Virus record (IMG/VR): IMGVR_UViG_3300045999_007505
Direction: 5' to 3' (one strand)
From: a virus
DNA length: 64,000 nucleotides
How positions within the stretch are numbered: the stretch's first letter is position 1; the number at the start of each line of letters is the position of its first letter. Positions 49,193-58,160 of this stretch are shown piece by piece. The position numbers were made by a program, and so were the translations under genes. A model generated the notes under the pieces. The model ran no database searches. It was not told the origin of the DNA and saw only the letters and a list, made by a program, of their open reading frames with translations.

Positions 49193-50406
49193 CTCCCTTT
49201 AACTACAATAACATCTTGTGCGTTTATAGTATATCCTAATGTTGCAGTATTGAATACAATTGTTTGTGTTGTAATATCACTCGGTGTCCAAGTATATACT
49301 ATTTTATCAATATACTGGCCATTGATAAATACATCAAATTCATTTTTACTTGCAACTGCAAAGGTAACCGGATTAACTGCTGCTAGTGCCGGAATAGTTA
49401 TCGTAGTTGCATTTGAATATGTTGCAATCTCTTCAGTTAATTCGGTTAGGTATGACATTACTAGTGCATTAATTGTTATAGCTCCAGATGGAGTATTAGC
49501 AACAACTTGTCCTCCAGAAAATATATTGGCTTGTTGTTGTAATATTGCAGTTGGTAATGCAATTGATTCAAATATATTTTGTTCAACGTCGACTACTATA
49601 TCAAATGTAACTCGTTTTACGGAATACATTTTCTTCAATGTTGATAGTCTAGCTTCTTGACCGGAAAGCAAAGTTGCTTGCACCGTTAATGGCAATGTTG
49701 CACGAACTAAACGATCTTCGCCAACGGTATTTACAGTTTCAAATGTTATCGATCCAATTGTTGTTGCAAATTTATTTGATTCATTTCCCCAAGCAAATCG
49801 GCTGTATGTAAATATTTGATCGACTAATTCGTTAAGTTGTGTAGTAAAATCACACCAAATCATCATTTCATATTCAACAGTTACATATTTTGGAATATCA
49901 ACAATCATTACTTGTTGTGATGATTGTGGTTGTTGAAGTGGTATTGGAAATAATTCATCTTCATAACGATTTTTTTCGTTATATCTTTGTCGATAAACAA
50001 TTTGATTTCCAGCCTGTGGCCAATTGACATCCAATGTTTTAAATGAATCGCGTTCTGCTACCGAACTTCGTTTTAACATAATTAATGGCGATTGTAACAT
50101 GCCTTTTTCATCACGTAAATAACCTAAACGCTGTACATTGTCCCATTTTTCGCCATTCGCATAAATTACTGGCACTGGTATGATGGTTTGTTGTGCTTTA
50201 ATCTGTGGTTGAATTTCATTTTCAACATACCATTTAATGGCATAATCTACATCGTATAATGTTCTTTTTGGCGAACGAATTACGTCATCATCTCGTCTCG
50301 TTTGCATGGACCGATCTAAAACGCGATCGCCGCGCATACTTTCTACAATATCCAAGCTTGGTTTGTTTGTTTTGCGGTCAATATTTTTTCTATTCAGTCT
50401 AGGCAT
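49183..50406 (-). CDS. Tail terminator/sheath stabiliser (gp15-like) with C-terminal extension
   Basis: VPVIYANGEKW, PLIMLKR, P.YVTVEY; follows the neck genes. Confidence 0.6.
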   Translation of the reverse strand: MPRLNRKNIDRKTNKPSLDIVESMRGDRVLDRSMQTRRDDDVIRSPKRTLYDVDYAIKWYVENEIQPQIKAQQTIIPVPVIYANGEKWDNVQRLGYLRDEKGMLQSPLIMLKRSSVAERDSFKTLDVNWPQAGNQIVYRQRYNEKNRYEDELFPIPLQQPQSSQQVMIVDIPKYVTVEYEMMIWCDFTTQLNELVDQIFTYSRFAWGNESNKFATTIGSITFETVNTVGEDRLVRATLPLTVQATLLSGQEARLSTLKKMYSVKRVTFDIVVDVEQNIFESIALPTAILQQQANIFSGGQVVANTPSGAITINALVMSYLTELTEEIATYSNATTITIPALAAVNPVTFAVASKNEFDVFINGQYIDKIVYTWTPSDITTQTIVFNTATLGYTINAQDVIVVKGRWA

Positions 50407-50930
50407 TAGATTCCTTTCCTAAATGCAGGAGATTGATTACTACCCCCCCGACGTATATCGGTAATATTTTGTGGCGTTTGACGAGTTGTATGTGCATCAC
50501 ATAACACTGAAACGCTATATCCATATGTATTTCCATTTGGCCATGTATCTGGATTCTTGCCTACAAAATATTGATTTGATTCTACATTATCAATTTCATA
50601 GTATTCATTATCCCAAAATATAATATCGCCAGCCTCAGGATACAATGTAACAGTTTCTAACAAATCGCGAGACAATGCAAATTGTGCTGTTCTAGTATAT
50701 GAATGTCCATAATCATCCATTGTTGCTGTTTTATTTTCTTTGGTTATAATGCAAGGCATTAAAATAGAATTGTAAAAACTTTTTTGTTCAGATTCACCAT
50801 AAATATTTGAATCGCTTTGTTCTACAATTAATTTGTAATAAAGAATTTCAGTATCAATGATTGCATTAATCAATTCTGAATTAATTGCTGCTAAAAATTT
50901 TGCATCTCGTTGACTGCCAAAAAGTGCCAT
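50406..50930 (-). CDS. Head closure/neck protein (gp14-like)
   Basis: NIYGES, PEAGDIIFW...YYEI. Confidence 0.65.
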   Translation of the reverse strand: MALFGSQRDAKFLAAINSELINAIIDTEILYYKLIVEQSDSNIYGESEQKSFYNSILMPCIITKENKTATMDDYGHSYTRTAQFALSRDLLETVTLYPEAGDIIFWDNEYYEIDNVESNQYFVGKNPDTWPNGNTYGYSVSVLCDAHTTRQTPQNITDIRRGGSNQSPAFRKGI

Positions 50931-50941
50931 GTAATTCCCCC

Positions 50942-52168
50942 TTATCCAACATAAATTTTTAATGGAACTTTTGCTAGCATCTCATGCATTTGAGTTGCTT
51001 CGGTATTTTGACGAGTCATCATGTTTTCTTTAGTTAATTTATCTAAAAACTCTCGCAATTGCGTTATAAGCGTTTCTTTTTCAGATTGACCTTGTGATGT
51101 TAAATCACCTCCATTAAGTGTTACTTCACCATTTGGAATAGGAACACTACTGTATTTACCCCGTACAAATCCTAACATTTCTTTTGATAACGCTGTGGCA
51201 TATTTAAAAATCCACGCACGCCCCATATCATTAATGTTACTGTATGTTTGATATGTATATGGTATATTTGATGCGTCACTTACAACATCGTTTAAAAGTG
51301 CTGTATTGCCGAATAATACGCTTTGATTGTCTTTATCTTCTGTAACTATAAAATCTACATATACATTTTTAAAGTATGGAGTTGCTGAGCTTGATCCGGA
51401 TGGCGCAACTGGAACTGGCCAGAACTTAATATCATCTCCGTGTAGCTCAAATGAATAGCTAGATTTTCTTACAGTATCATTAAATTCAATTGCTTGTAAT
51501 CTAAATAAATCTGCATTAATTGGCATCATCATAAATGATACAGATGGAGAAAATCCTCCAAAATCAAATGAATCTAACAATTGTTGTGAACCTAAACCAG
51601 TTCCAACAAACGGGTCAAAGTATCTTACAATGGCAGGTGGTGGATTATGAAGTACTCGTTTTACTTCAATTGACCCCGATGATAATACTAATCCTAAAGA
51701 TTTTGATATTGCAGTTATTAAATTATATGTTTGTTGTCCTGGCTCAACATCAATTCTTGCAGTTTTCCAAGATAATGTTCCTCCAGAATCTGCTTCAGTA
51801 CCATATGCTTTTGAAAGCTTAGTTATATACCCAAATGAATTTCCAACCAATGCGCCGGTAAAACTTTCATCTGTTAAAAATGCAGATTCTGTTTTTATAC
51901 CTAAAGTGTTAACTAAATTATTAACAATATTAACTTGATTAACTTGATTTGAATATTCAACAATTGCTGCTTCAAATGCCGTATAAAAATTAATATCTTG
52001 CAATTCCACATCCATGATTGGATATCCCAATGTTTGGGCAGCTAATCTTGCAAATTTGTCAGCATGTTGTTGAAACACAGCATCATTATCAAAAAATCCA
52101 AAAGGAGTATCACCGGGCTGAAATGAACTAGACCCGGGCCATATTGGTTTTTGAACGCTGTAATCCAT
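50942..52168 (-). CDS. Head-tail adaptor/neck protein (gp13-like)
   Basis: LGYPIMDVEL, WIFKYATALSKEMLG..RGKY..VP.P...VTLNG. Confidence 0.8.
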   Translation of the reverse strand: MDYSVQKPIWPGSSSFQPGDTPFGFFDNDAVFQQHADKFARLAAQTLGYPIMDVELQDINFYTAFEAAIVEYSNQVNQVNIVNNLVNTLGIKTESAFLTDESFTGALVGNSFGYITKLSKAYGTEADSGGTLSWKTARIDVEPGQQTYNLITAISKSLGLVLSSGSIEVKRVLHNPPPAIVRYFDPFVGTGLGSQQLLDSFDFGGFSPSVSFMMMPINADLFRLQAIEFNDTVRKSSYSFELHGDDIKFWPVPVAPSGSSSATPYFKNVYVDFIVTEDKDNQSVLFGNTALLNDVVSDASNIPYTYQTYSNINDMGRAWIFKYATALSKEMLGFVRGKYSSVPIPNGEVTLNGGDLTSQGQSEKETLITQLREFLDKLTKENMMTRQNTEATQMHEMLAKVPLKIYVG

Positions 52169-52183
52169 TATGCTCCTTTTTTA

Positions 52184-52192
52184 TATAAATAT
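52184..52192 (-). promoter_or_regulatory. Late-type motif ATATTTATA
   Basis: Upstream of the neck operon, with AGGAG SD. Confidence 0.7.
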
Positions 52193-52857
52193 CAATACGT
52201 TTCATTTAGAAGTTTTAAAATTTCATTTAATGATTCATGACGATGATTATCCAATAAAATAATTTCATTAACATATTGTGATTTCGTTAATTTAGGTACT
52301 TCATGCACTGCCGAATCATTTGCAAACTTTAAATCTATTTGATATCTATCACCTGTGAGTATCATAATACTATCTTTACCTAATCTAGAAACAACCATTT
52401 GTAGTTGTTGTTTAGTTAAGTTTTGAAATTCGTCTACAATACAAACTGCATGATCGAATGTACGTCCTCGGAAGTGTGCTAATGAAACTAATTCAATATT
52501 TTCTTCCTTTTCCATTTTGTCTAATATTTCCGGTTTATTATAAACCTTACGCATATTGCTACGTAATGGAACTAACCATGGATCCATTTTTTCTGCTAAA
52601 GACCCAGGAAGAAATCCATTATCTTCGTTTGACACTGTAGGACGTGTTATGATAATTTTATTAATTTGTCGTTTAAAAAACATATCCAATGCAACTTGAA
52701 CTGCTAACAATGTTTTACCAGATCCGGCTTTGCCTAATATAAAATTAAATGGGGTTTCTATAATTTTTGCTTTTGCTTGTTTTTGCTCTTCTGATAATGT
52801 TATTGAAAATTTAATATCAGTTTTAGGTGGAGTTTTTTCCCGATTTTGAGTAGCCAT
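52192..52857 (-). CDS. phoH: PhoH-family ATPase
   Basis: GKAGSGKT, ITRP, GFLPG...EK, RGRTF, DEFQN, SRLG, GD..QID. Confidence 0.92.
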   Translation of the reverse strand: MATQNREKTPPKTDIKFSITLSEEQKQAKAKIIETPFNFILGKAGSGKTLLAVQVALDMFFKRQINKIIITRPTVSNEDNGFLPGSLAEKMDPWLVPLRSNMRKVYNKPEILDKMEKEENIELVSLAHFRGRTFDHAVCIVDEFQNLTKQQLQMVVSRLGKDSIMILTGDRYQIDLKFANDSAVHEVPKLTKSQYVNEIILLDNHRHESLNEILKLLNETY

Positions 52858-52872
52858 AACTAACCTTTTTAA

Positions 52873-53148
52873 TTAAAATAATTTTGTAAGCGTTGATTGT
52901 TGCAATGTCATATCTTTCAATGTTTCAATTTTACCTAAACACATTTTTCGTATAGCAAAAAATGTTTCTTTCGGCGGATATGGAGTCATAACTTTTATTT
53001 TAATTAATTCTTTATCTGGCCCTAAGTCTCGTTCTATATGTACCATTAAAACTAATCGTATAGCTCGAATCCGATCTAATACATCAATAAGACGACCTGC
53101 ATATCGTATTTCTGCAAACATTTCGTATTTGTGTCTTTCTACTGCCAT
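52873..53148 (-). CDS. Hypothetical protein
   Basis: 91-aa ORF after a late motif. Confidence 0.6.
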   Translation of the reverse strand: MAVERHKYEMFAEIRYAGRLIDVLDRIRAIRLVLMVHIERDLGPDKELIKIKVMTPYPPKETFFAIRKMCLGKIETLKDMTLQQSTLTKLF

Positions 53149-53161
53149 ATTATCATTTTAA

Positions 53162-53170
53162 TATAAATAT
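53162..53170 (-). promoter_or_regulatory. Late-type motif ATATTTATA
   Basis: Directly after the capsid terminator. Confidence 0.7.
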
Positions 53171-53175
53171 ACAAC

Positions 53176-53206
53176 CAGTAAAAAAGGGTGACCGAAGCCA
53201 CCCTTT
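53176..53206 (-). terminator. Intrinsic terminator after the major capsid gene
   Basis: Sense AAAGGGTGGC-TTCG-GTCACCCTTT-TTTACTG. Confidence 0.85.
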
Positions 53207-53257
53207 CCTTTTTAATTAGTTAATTCGTTAAATATAAAAGCTAATCGAAGTTAACTA

Positions 53258-54928
53258 TTAAAGTGTGTTAAGACCGTGAACGTATACTTTTCCGTAGAAT
53301 TCAGGACGAACTACTTTCTTCGCGTAACGTGTCATAACACCTTTACGTGGAGTGAAGTTTACTGGATCATATACAAGCGGAGTCATAATCAACGGAATAT
53401 ATGGACTAAATACAGCACCTGTTTCAAGGAACTGCGAACCACGGAATCCCATAAGGATTACATTCTCTAACATGTATGGGTTTTTGTATACTGTATAACG
53501 GTTATTGATGCTACCAATTTTTTGAACACCAGCAGCAAATTCCATTTTGTTACCATCTGTCTCGGCAGCAAATCCTGGGATAGACTCAAGGATAGTTGCA
53601 ACTGCAGGAGATGTTACTAAGAAGTTAGCACCGCCACGTAATGTTTTTTGGTGAATCTTATTAGATACTTTTTGAAGTTTAGTACCTAAAGTTTGGAACC
53701 AACCACCTTGGGTGTTGTAATATCCATCACCAACCGCAGTAGCTGCACCAGCACCAGATTGAGTAAATCCTGTACCGTTCCAGAAGTTGTTATTTAATGC
53801 TGACCAATACTCAGTTGTTGGAGCTGCTGAAATCAACATATCAAGGATTTCAAGATCGATTTCCATTGATACATACTCAGACAACATTGAAGTTAATTCA
53901 GCTTCAGCATCAATTGAGTGATAAGCATTTAAATCTTGAGCAAATTCAGGAGTCCAAACTGCTTTCAATTTACGTGTTTTAGCAACGATTGGCTCAGATT
54001 GCATTTCAAGGTTGATTTCTGGGATATCAATATCCGTACCATTATCGATACCTGTATTAGCAGAAGATCCTTTAAATGGATTTTTATCTTCAAAATCACC
54101 ACGCGTAATATCGGTAGGTTGCTTGCTATAGTTCAAGCTAAAGTTAGATGCACTAATTGCAGTTTGAATTGCAGTAGCTTGAGCGGTTGTTACAACAAAT
54201 GATGCAGTGTAATTGCTAGCAATTGTTGAAAATGCTTGAACTGGAACAATTTCAGTACCAGCTGAACCAGAAGCAAATGTCCATGAACGTACTGCATATA
54301 AATCAGCATCAGTTGGAACATTAACGGTAACTACTTTATAGCTAGCTAACGCAGTAGTAAAATTACCATCATAATTTACAGATCCAGAACCAGGAGCAGA
54401 ACCAGTTGCTGCATTAGCACTTGATGCTACCGTAGTATAAGGAATTGAATATCCAAAACGACCTGCACCATAAAGACCGCCAGCTGCATCACTACCAGTT
54501 GTAGTAACACCGAACATTGAGTCTAATGCGTTAGGATTTCCAAATGGATCTCCGGTACGGTTTGAATTATCATCATCAAATCCAGGTACAGATGTACCAT
54601 ATTTGAAGTCAAGATAGAAAATAAGACCTGATGGCAAATTCATTGGTTGAACTGAAACGAATTCTTTAGCTGCAAATTCAGCAAAAATACGACGTACCAA
54701 TGGAAGTGCTACACCTGCCCACTCTTCTGAACCAGCTTGTGTACCTGTTCCAGATGATTCTTTTACTAATTGACGTGCTTGGTTTTCAAGCAATTGTGCC
54801 ATTCCGGCTCTTTCGGTCTCACCACGAAGACCTTCTAATAAACCTGTTCTTTCCCACTTTGCAGATAAAGCTTTTGCATTGTTTCTTTGAACAAAGTCGT
54901 TTGTTTGAAGTAAGTTTGAAATACTCAT
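53258..54928 (-). CDS. Major capsid protein (gp23-like)
   Basis: LLENQ, LPLVRR, VSVQPM..PSGLIFY, AKTRKLKA.WTPEFAQDL.A.H, PYIPL, MTRY. Confidence 0.97.
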   Translation of the reverse strand: MSISNLLQTNDFVQRNNAKALSAKWERTGLLEGLRGETERAGMAQLLENQARQLVKESSGTGTQAGSEEWAGVALPLVRRIFAEFAAKEFVSVQPMNLPSGLIFYLDFKYGTSVPGFDDDNSNRTGDPFGNPNALDSMFGVTTTGSDAAGGLYGAGRFGYSIPYTTVASSANAATGSAPGSGSVNYDGNFTTALASYKVVTVNVPTDADLYAVRSWTFASGSAGTEIVPVQAFSTIASNYTASFVVTTAQATAIQTAISASNFSLNYSKQPTDITRGDFEDKNPFKGSSANTGIDNGTDIDIPEINLEMQSEPIVAKTRKLKAVWTPEFAQDLNAYHSIDAEAELTSMLSEYVSMEIDLEILDMLISAAPTTEYWSALNNNFWNGTGFTQSGAGAATAVGDGYYNTQGGWFQTLGTKLQKVSNKIHQKTLRGGANFLVTSPAVATILESIPGFAAETDGNKMEFAAGVQKIGSINNRYTVYKNPYMLENVILMGFRGSQFLETGAVFSPYIPLIMTPLVYDPVNFTPRKGVMTRYAKKVVRPEFYGKVYVHGLNTL

Positions 54929-54959
54929 TTGTTTTCCTTTGTTTTTGTTTTTTTTTGTT

Positions 54960-56090
54960 TTACAATAATCCTGCTAATTTTTTCCATCTGTTAGCTAATT
55001 CAAAGCCTTCAGATAAAACATTTTGCGTTTCCACACTTGGTGCGGTAGTTGTTATTGGTCGAGAAGCATAAGATTCTTTAACCACTCGTTTTTTGGTAGG
55101 ACGTTTGAAACTTTCAGCCAATGTAGCAAAAACTAATTTTGCTTCACGTGTATTTGCTGCCCTATCAAAATTTTCAATAACTTTCATTTTTTGCGGTTCT
55201 GATAACTCAAAATTACGGAACAATTTGTTTGTGTAAAGAAGTTTTGCATTAAGTAAATTTACTTCATTGATAACTGATTGAAGATGTTTAACTGTGCGAT
55301 ATGCTTCTTTAAGTGCGCCTTCTTTAGCTGTCAATTCATCTTCCATTGCTTCCAATACTTCATCTTTGTCTTCTTCAGACATAGTGTTTGGATTCAGTTT
55401 CTCATCTTCTTCTTCACGCAAAATTGCTTCAATAATTTCTTCTAATGCTGCATCAGACATTTCGTCGCCTTCGGTTGCCATTTCTTCTGAATCGCCCATC
55501 ATGTCATCTTCGGTCAATTTTCTTGAACCTTTGCCAATTTTGGAAGAAGTTAATTTTTTATACCCTTCCATTGTTGGCATTCCCATGTCATCATCTTCGT
55601 CTTCATCATAGCCTTCCATCGCCATTTCGTCTGATTCTAGATCGCCTTCTAACTCACGTAAGATTGATTCAATATTTAAATCATCTCCTTCGTTGTATTC
55701 AGCAGTCATTTCTTCATCAGATACTGGTTGTTCTTCAGCTGGCATTTCTTCTCCACCCATTTCATCACCTGCCATTCCTACTTGAAAAGAATAATCATTA
55801 CCACCAACTGATGCTGACAATGTATCATCTGTCCAAGTAAAATCATCATCGCCGGCTACTTCTGCACCTGCTTCAACACCCATTGCGTCTGTTTCTGGAC
55901 CAGCTACAGCACCTGCGTCTGTTGCTATTTCTTCTTCGCCATCAATTTCGTTTTGCAATTCTTTTGCTAACATTGCTTCTACTCTTGGACGAAATGCTTC
56001 CTGTAAAGCAATTTTTGCGTTTGCTAAAGCAGTTTCTTTAACAGCTTTTGCATCAGCGATTGCCTCTTTTAGCAAATCTGATTTTGCCAT
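54960..56090 (-). CDS. Prohead scaffold/core protein (gp22-like)
   Basis: Very acidic, many L/I-x-E sites, EVNLLNAKLLY, RWKKLAGL; directly upstream of the capsid gene. Confidence 0.75.
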   Translation of the reverse strand: MAKSDLLKEAIADAKAVKETALANAKIALQEAFRPRVEAMLAKELQNEIDGEEEIATDAGAVAGPETDAMGVEAGAEVAGDDDFTWTDDTLSASVGGNDYSFQVGMAGDEMGGEEMPAEEQPVSDEEMTAEYNEGDDLNIESILRELEGDLESDEMAMEGYDEDEDDDMGMPTMEGYKKLTSSKIGKGSRKLTEDDMMGDSEEMATEGDEMSDAALEEIIEAILREEEDEKLNPNTMSEEDKDEVLEAMEDELTAKEGALKEAYRTVKHLQSVINEVNLLNAKLLYTNKLFRNFELSEPQKMKVIENFDRAANTREAKLVFATLAESFKRPTKKRVVKESYASRPITTTAPSVETQNVLSEGFELANRWKKLAGLL

Positions 56091-56123
56091 GTTTTTCTCC
56101 TTAAATTTGTTTTTTTTTTTGGA

Positions 56124-56192
56124 AATAAGATTATTTGAAATCTTAATAGAATATTTTATTTAATATAAACGCTATATAGAACGGATAGCGTA
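56124..56192 (-). ncRNA. Two-hairpin 5' leader of the scaffold/capsid operon
   Basis: ACGCTAT...ATAGCGT and TAAGATT...AATCTTA stems in a roughly 110-nt UTR. Confidence 0.45.
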
Positions 56193-56199
56193 TTCATAC

Positions 56200-56208
56200 A
56201 ATAAATAT
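56200..56208 (-). promoter_or_regulatory. Late-type motif ATATTTATT
   Basis: Between the rpsU terminator and the scaffold leader. Confidence 0.65.
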
Positions 56209-56225
56209 AAGCACGTTTGAAAAAA

Positions 56226-56260
56226 CAGTAAAAAAGTCCCAACTTTTATGTTAGGACTTT
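56226..56260 (-). terminator. Intrinsic terminator after rpsU
   Basis: Sense AAAGTCCTAAC...GTTGGGACTTT-TTTACTG. Confidence 0.8.
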
Positions 56261-56277
56261 AAATTTTCTTAAATTAA

Positions 56278-56517
56278 TTAAAATTTGTTTTGCAAGTCTT
56301 GCATTTTTTGACTATACTTAGCCTTTGATATCATGTCTCTACGTTTAACACTAGGTTTAGTAAAAGTACGATTATCTTTAACATATTCTAATACGCCAGC
56401 ATCTTTTACTTTACGTTTCCATGTTCTTAATGCAAAACTTAAATCTCGATTTACTACATTTATTGCAGTTGCATTGCCTGGTACAATGCTTTGGTGTTGT
56501 TTTTGTTTTTTGTTCAT
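56278..56517 (-). CDS. rpsU: Phage-encoded ribosomal protein bS21
   Basis: LSFALRTWKRKVKDAGVL...RTFTKPSVKRR...KAKY. Confidence 0.85.
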   Translation of the reverse strand: MNKKQKQHQSIVPGNATAINVVNRDLSFALRTWKRKVKDAGVLEYVKDNRTFTKPSVKRRDMISKAKYSQKMQDLQNKF

Positions 56518-56526
56518 ATATAACTA

Positions 56527-57111
56527 TTAAATTTTTCTTTGTGGTTGTTTTGAAGCTTGTTGTTTAACATTAAATCTAAAATGTTTTAATTCTGGTTTTT
56601 GTGCTAAATATCCTTGAAGCTTCTGCGATTCTAATGCTGGATCTTGTCCTAATCGAAAATAAAAATATCCTATTTTGCCTGATGCAGAAATTGATTTTTT
56701 AATTACGGTAAATCCTTTACGTTCAGCCCATTCTTGAATTTCTTGTGCGGTTTGTTGTGCGGTTGCTGGATCTCGAAGTACATATTCAATGCCGCCGCGA
56801 TAATCTGTTAAATTGTTAACTAATTGTGCTTCATCTATATCTATTTCTTGAATAGCTTTTTTACGTGCCATTCTTCGATTTTTTAAATATCGATCTGATT
56901 TGGTATTTTGTTTTCCATTATTATCAATATCTGCATCTTCATGTCCAACTGCATCTAAATCTTCAGTGGTCATACCAGGTTTAACTAGTTTAACATTCAT
57001 ACCCTTTTTTGCCATGGTTTCGGCTTGAGCAGGATCATCAGTTTCGATTTTACCAGTTGCTTCAGTTAACCCAAAAAAATCGCGATACAATTTTTTAAAT
57101 TTATTCATCAT
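56527..57111 (-). CDS. Probable internal head protein with an EF-hand/dockerin-like motif
   Basis: DLDAVGHEDADIDNNG...SDRYLKNRR; LTE, TTE, IQE and IDE sites. Confidence 0.55.
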   Translation of the reverse strand: MMNKFKKLYRDFFGLTEATGKIETDDPAQAETMAKKGMNVKLVKPGMTTEDLDAVGHEDADIDNNGKQNTKSDRYLKNRRMARKKAIQEIDIDEAQLVNNLTDYRGGIEYVLRDPATAQQTAQEIQEWAERKGFTVIKKSISASGKIGYFYFRLGQDPALESQKLQGYLAQKPELKHFRFNVKQQASKQPQRKI

Positions 57112-57119
57112 GCACCTAT

Positions 57120-57148
57120 ATTATATTAAATTTTTTTATACTATCCAA
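57120..57148 (-). promoter_or_regulatory. Sigma70-like promoter TTGGAT-N17-TATAAT
   Basis: Would drive the 57111 ORF plus rpsU. Confidence 0.65.
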
Positions 57149-57149
57149 A

Positions 57150-57527
57150 TTATCCAACTTTAAAATAACGATTTAAACCTTGACCAATATTTTCATATGC
57201 CATGCTTAAACGTTCTTGCAAACGAGCCATTTCTTTTGCAGTGTCTTCAAACATTCTATAATCTTCTTCAAGTCGTTTAAAGTTTTTCTTGTGTGCAATT
57301 TCATTAAACCAATCAGCATCTTCCGTAACTATGCGTTGTGCTTTTTCTACAATGTCTCTTACTCGATCAGACAATTCATGTAAATCTGCCTTTCCGTATA
57401 CAGATTCTCCCATTGCTGTAAAATTTGCTACCGCTTCTGTAAATGCTTGTTTTTCTTCTTTTGATAACGGTTGTTGATGATCGCCATTAATGGTTTCAAT
57501 CAAATATTTAAGTGTGAATTGTTTCAT
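57150..57527 (-). CDS. Hypothetical helical head-cluster protein
   Basis: LKYLIE leader; DWF...LSMAYENIG..L.RYF. Confidence 0.65.
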   Translation of the reverse strand: MKQFTLKYLIETINGDHQQPLSKEEKQAFTEAVANFTAMGESVYGKADLHELSDRVRDIVEKAQRIVTEDADWFNEIAHKKNFKRLEEDYRMFEDTAKEMARLQERLSMAYENIGQGLNRYFKVG

Positions 57528-58159
57528 TATATTATCCTACATTTACCATCTTCACATAAAATTGAAGTAATGATTTCGTTTGTTTTTACGTATTTATTTG
57601 TTGTTATATTTTTATTTATAGATTCATTCATGTGCGTAGGACGCATAAAAGCCCCATGGGTTGAAGGATTAGATACGAAGTCCCAACATATCAATTCAAA
57701 ATCTTCTTGAACTTCTACAGTGCCTTCATTTCGTAATTCTTTTACTGAACCCAATCCGCGCGATGATATTCCTAATGTAATTCCTGCTCTAAATAATTCT
57801 TTAAGAATTTTACCAGACGGAGTATCTAATATTTGTACTGCTCCGTGTAAATCATCGCCTTTCCACCAAATTTTTAAAACATTGTGTGAAACATTGTTTA
57901 AGTTTACAACCGAAGATTCTGGATGATCTAATTCTCCTAATGCTCTATGTTGATTAATATATTCAGCTTGATACCGTTGACATTCTCTTTCTAGAATATG
58001 TTTTGGATATACTCGACCATTTTGATTTTTAGAACCAGCTCGTTGCAAAACACCTTGTACAACAAATCCTCCTGGTATTCCGTATGATGCACCATTTGAT
58101 TCAGTTAATGAACCAACAGGCTTAAATGGAATATATTCTACTATTAGTTGTTTTGACAT
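57527..58159 (-). CDS. Prohead protease (gp21-like)
   Basis: NQNGRVYP, ALGELDHP, TPSG, GISSRGLGS, DFVSNPST. Confidence 0.95.
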   Translation of the reverse strand: MSKQLIVEYIPFKPVGSLTESNGASYGIPGGFVVQGVLQRAGSKNQNGRVYPKHILERECQRYQAEYINQHRALGELDHPESSVVNLNNVSHNVLKIWWKGDDLHGAVQILDTPSGKILKELFRAGITLGISSRGLGSVKELRNEGTVEVQEDFELICWDFVSNPSTHGAFMRPTHMNESINKNITTNKYVKTNEIITSILCEDGKCRII

Positions 58160-58160
58160 T

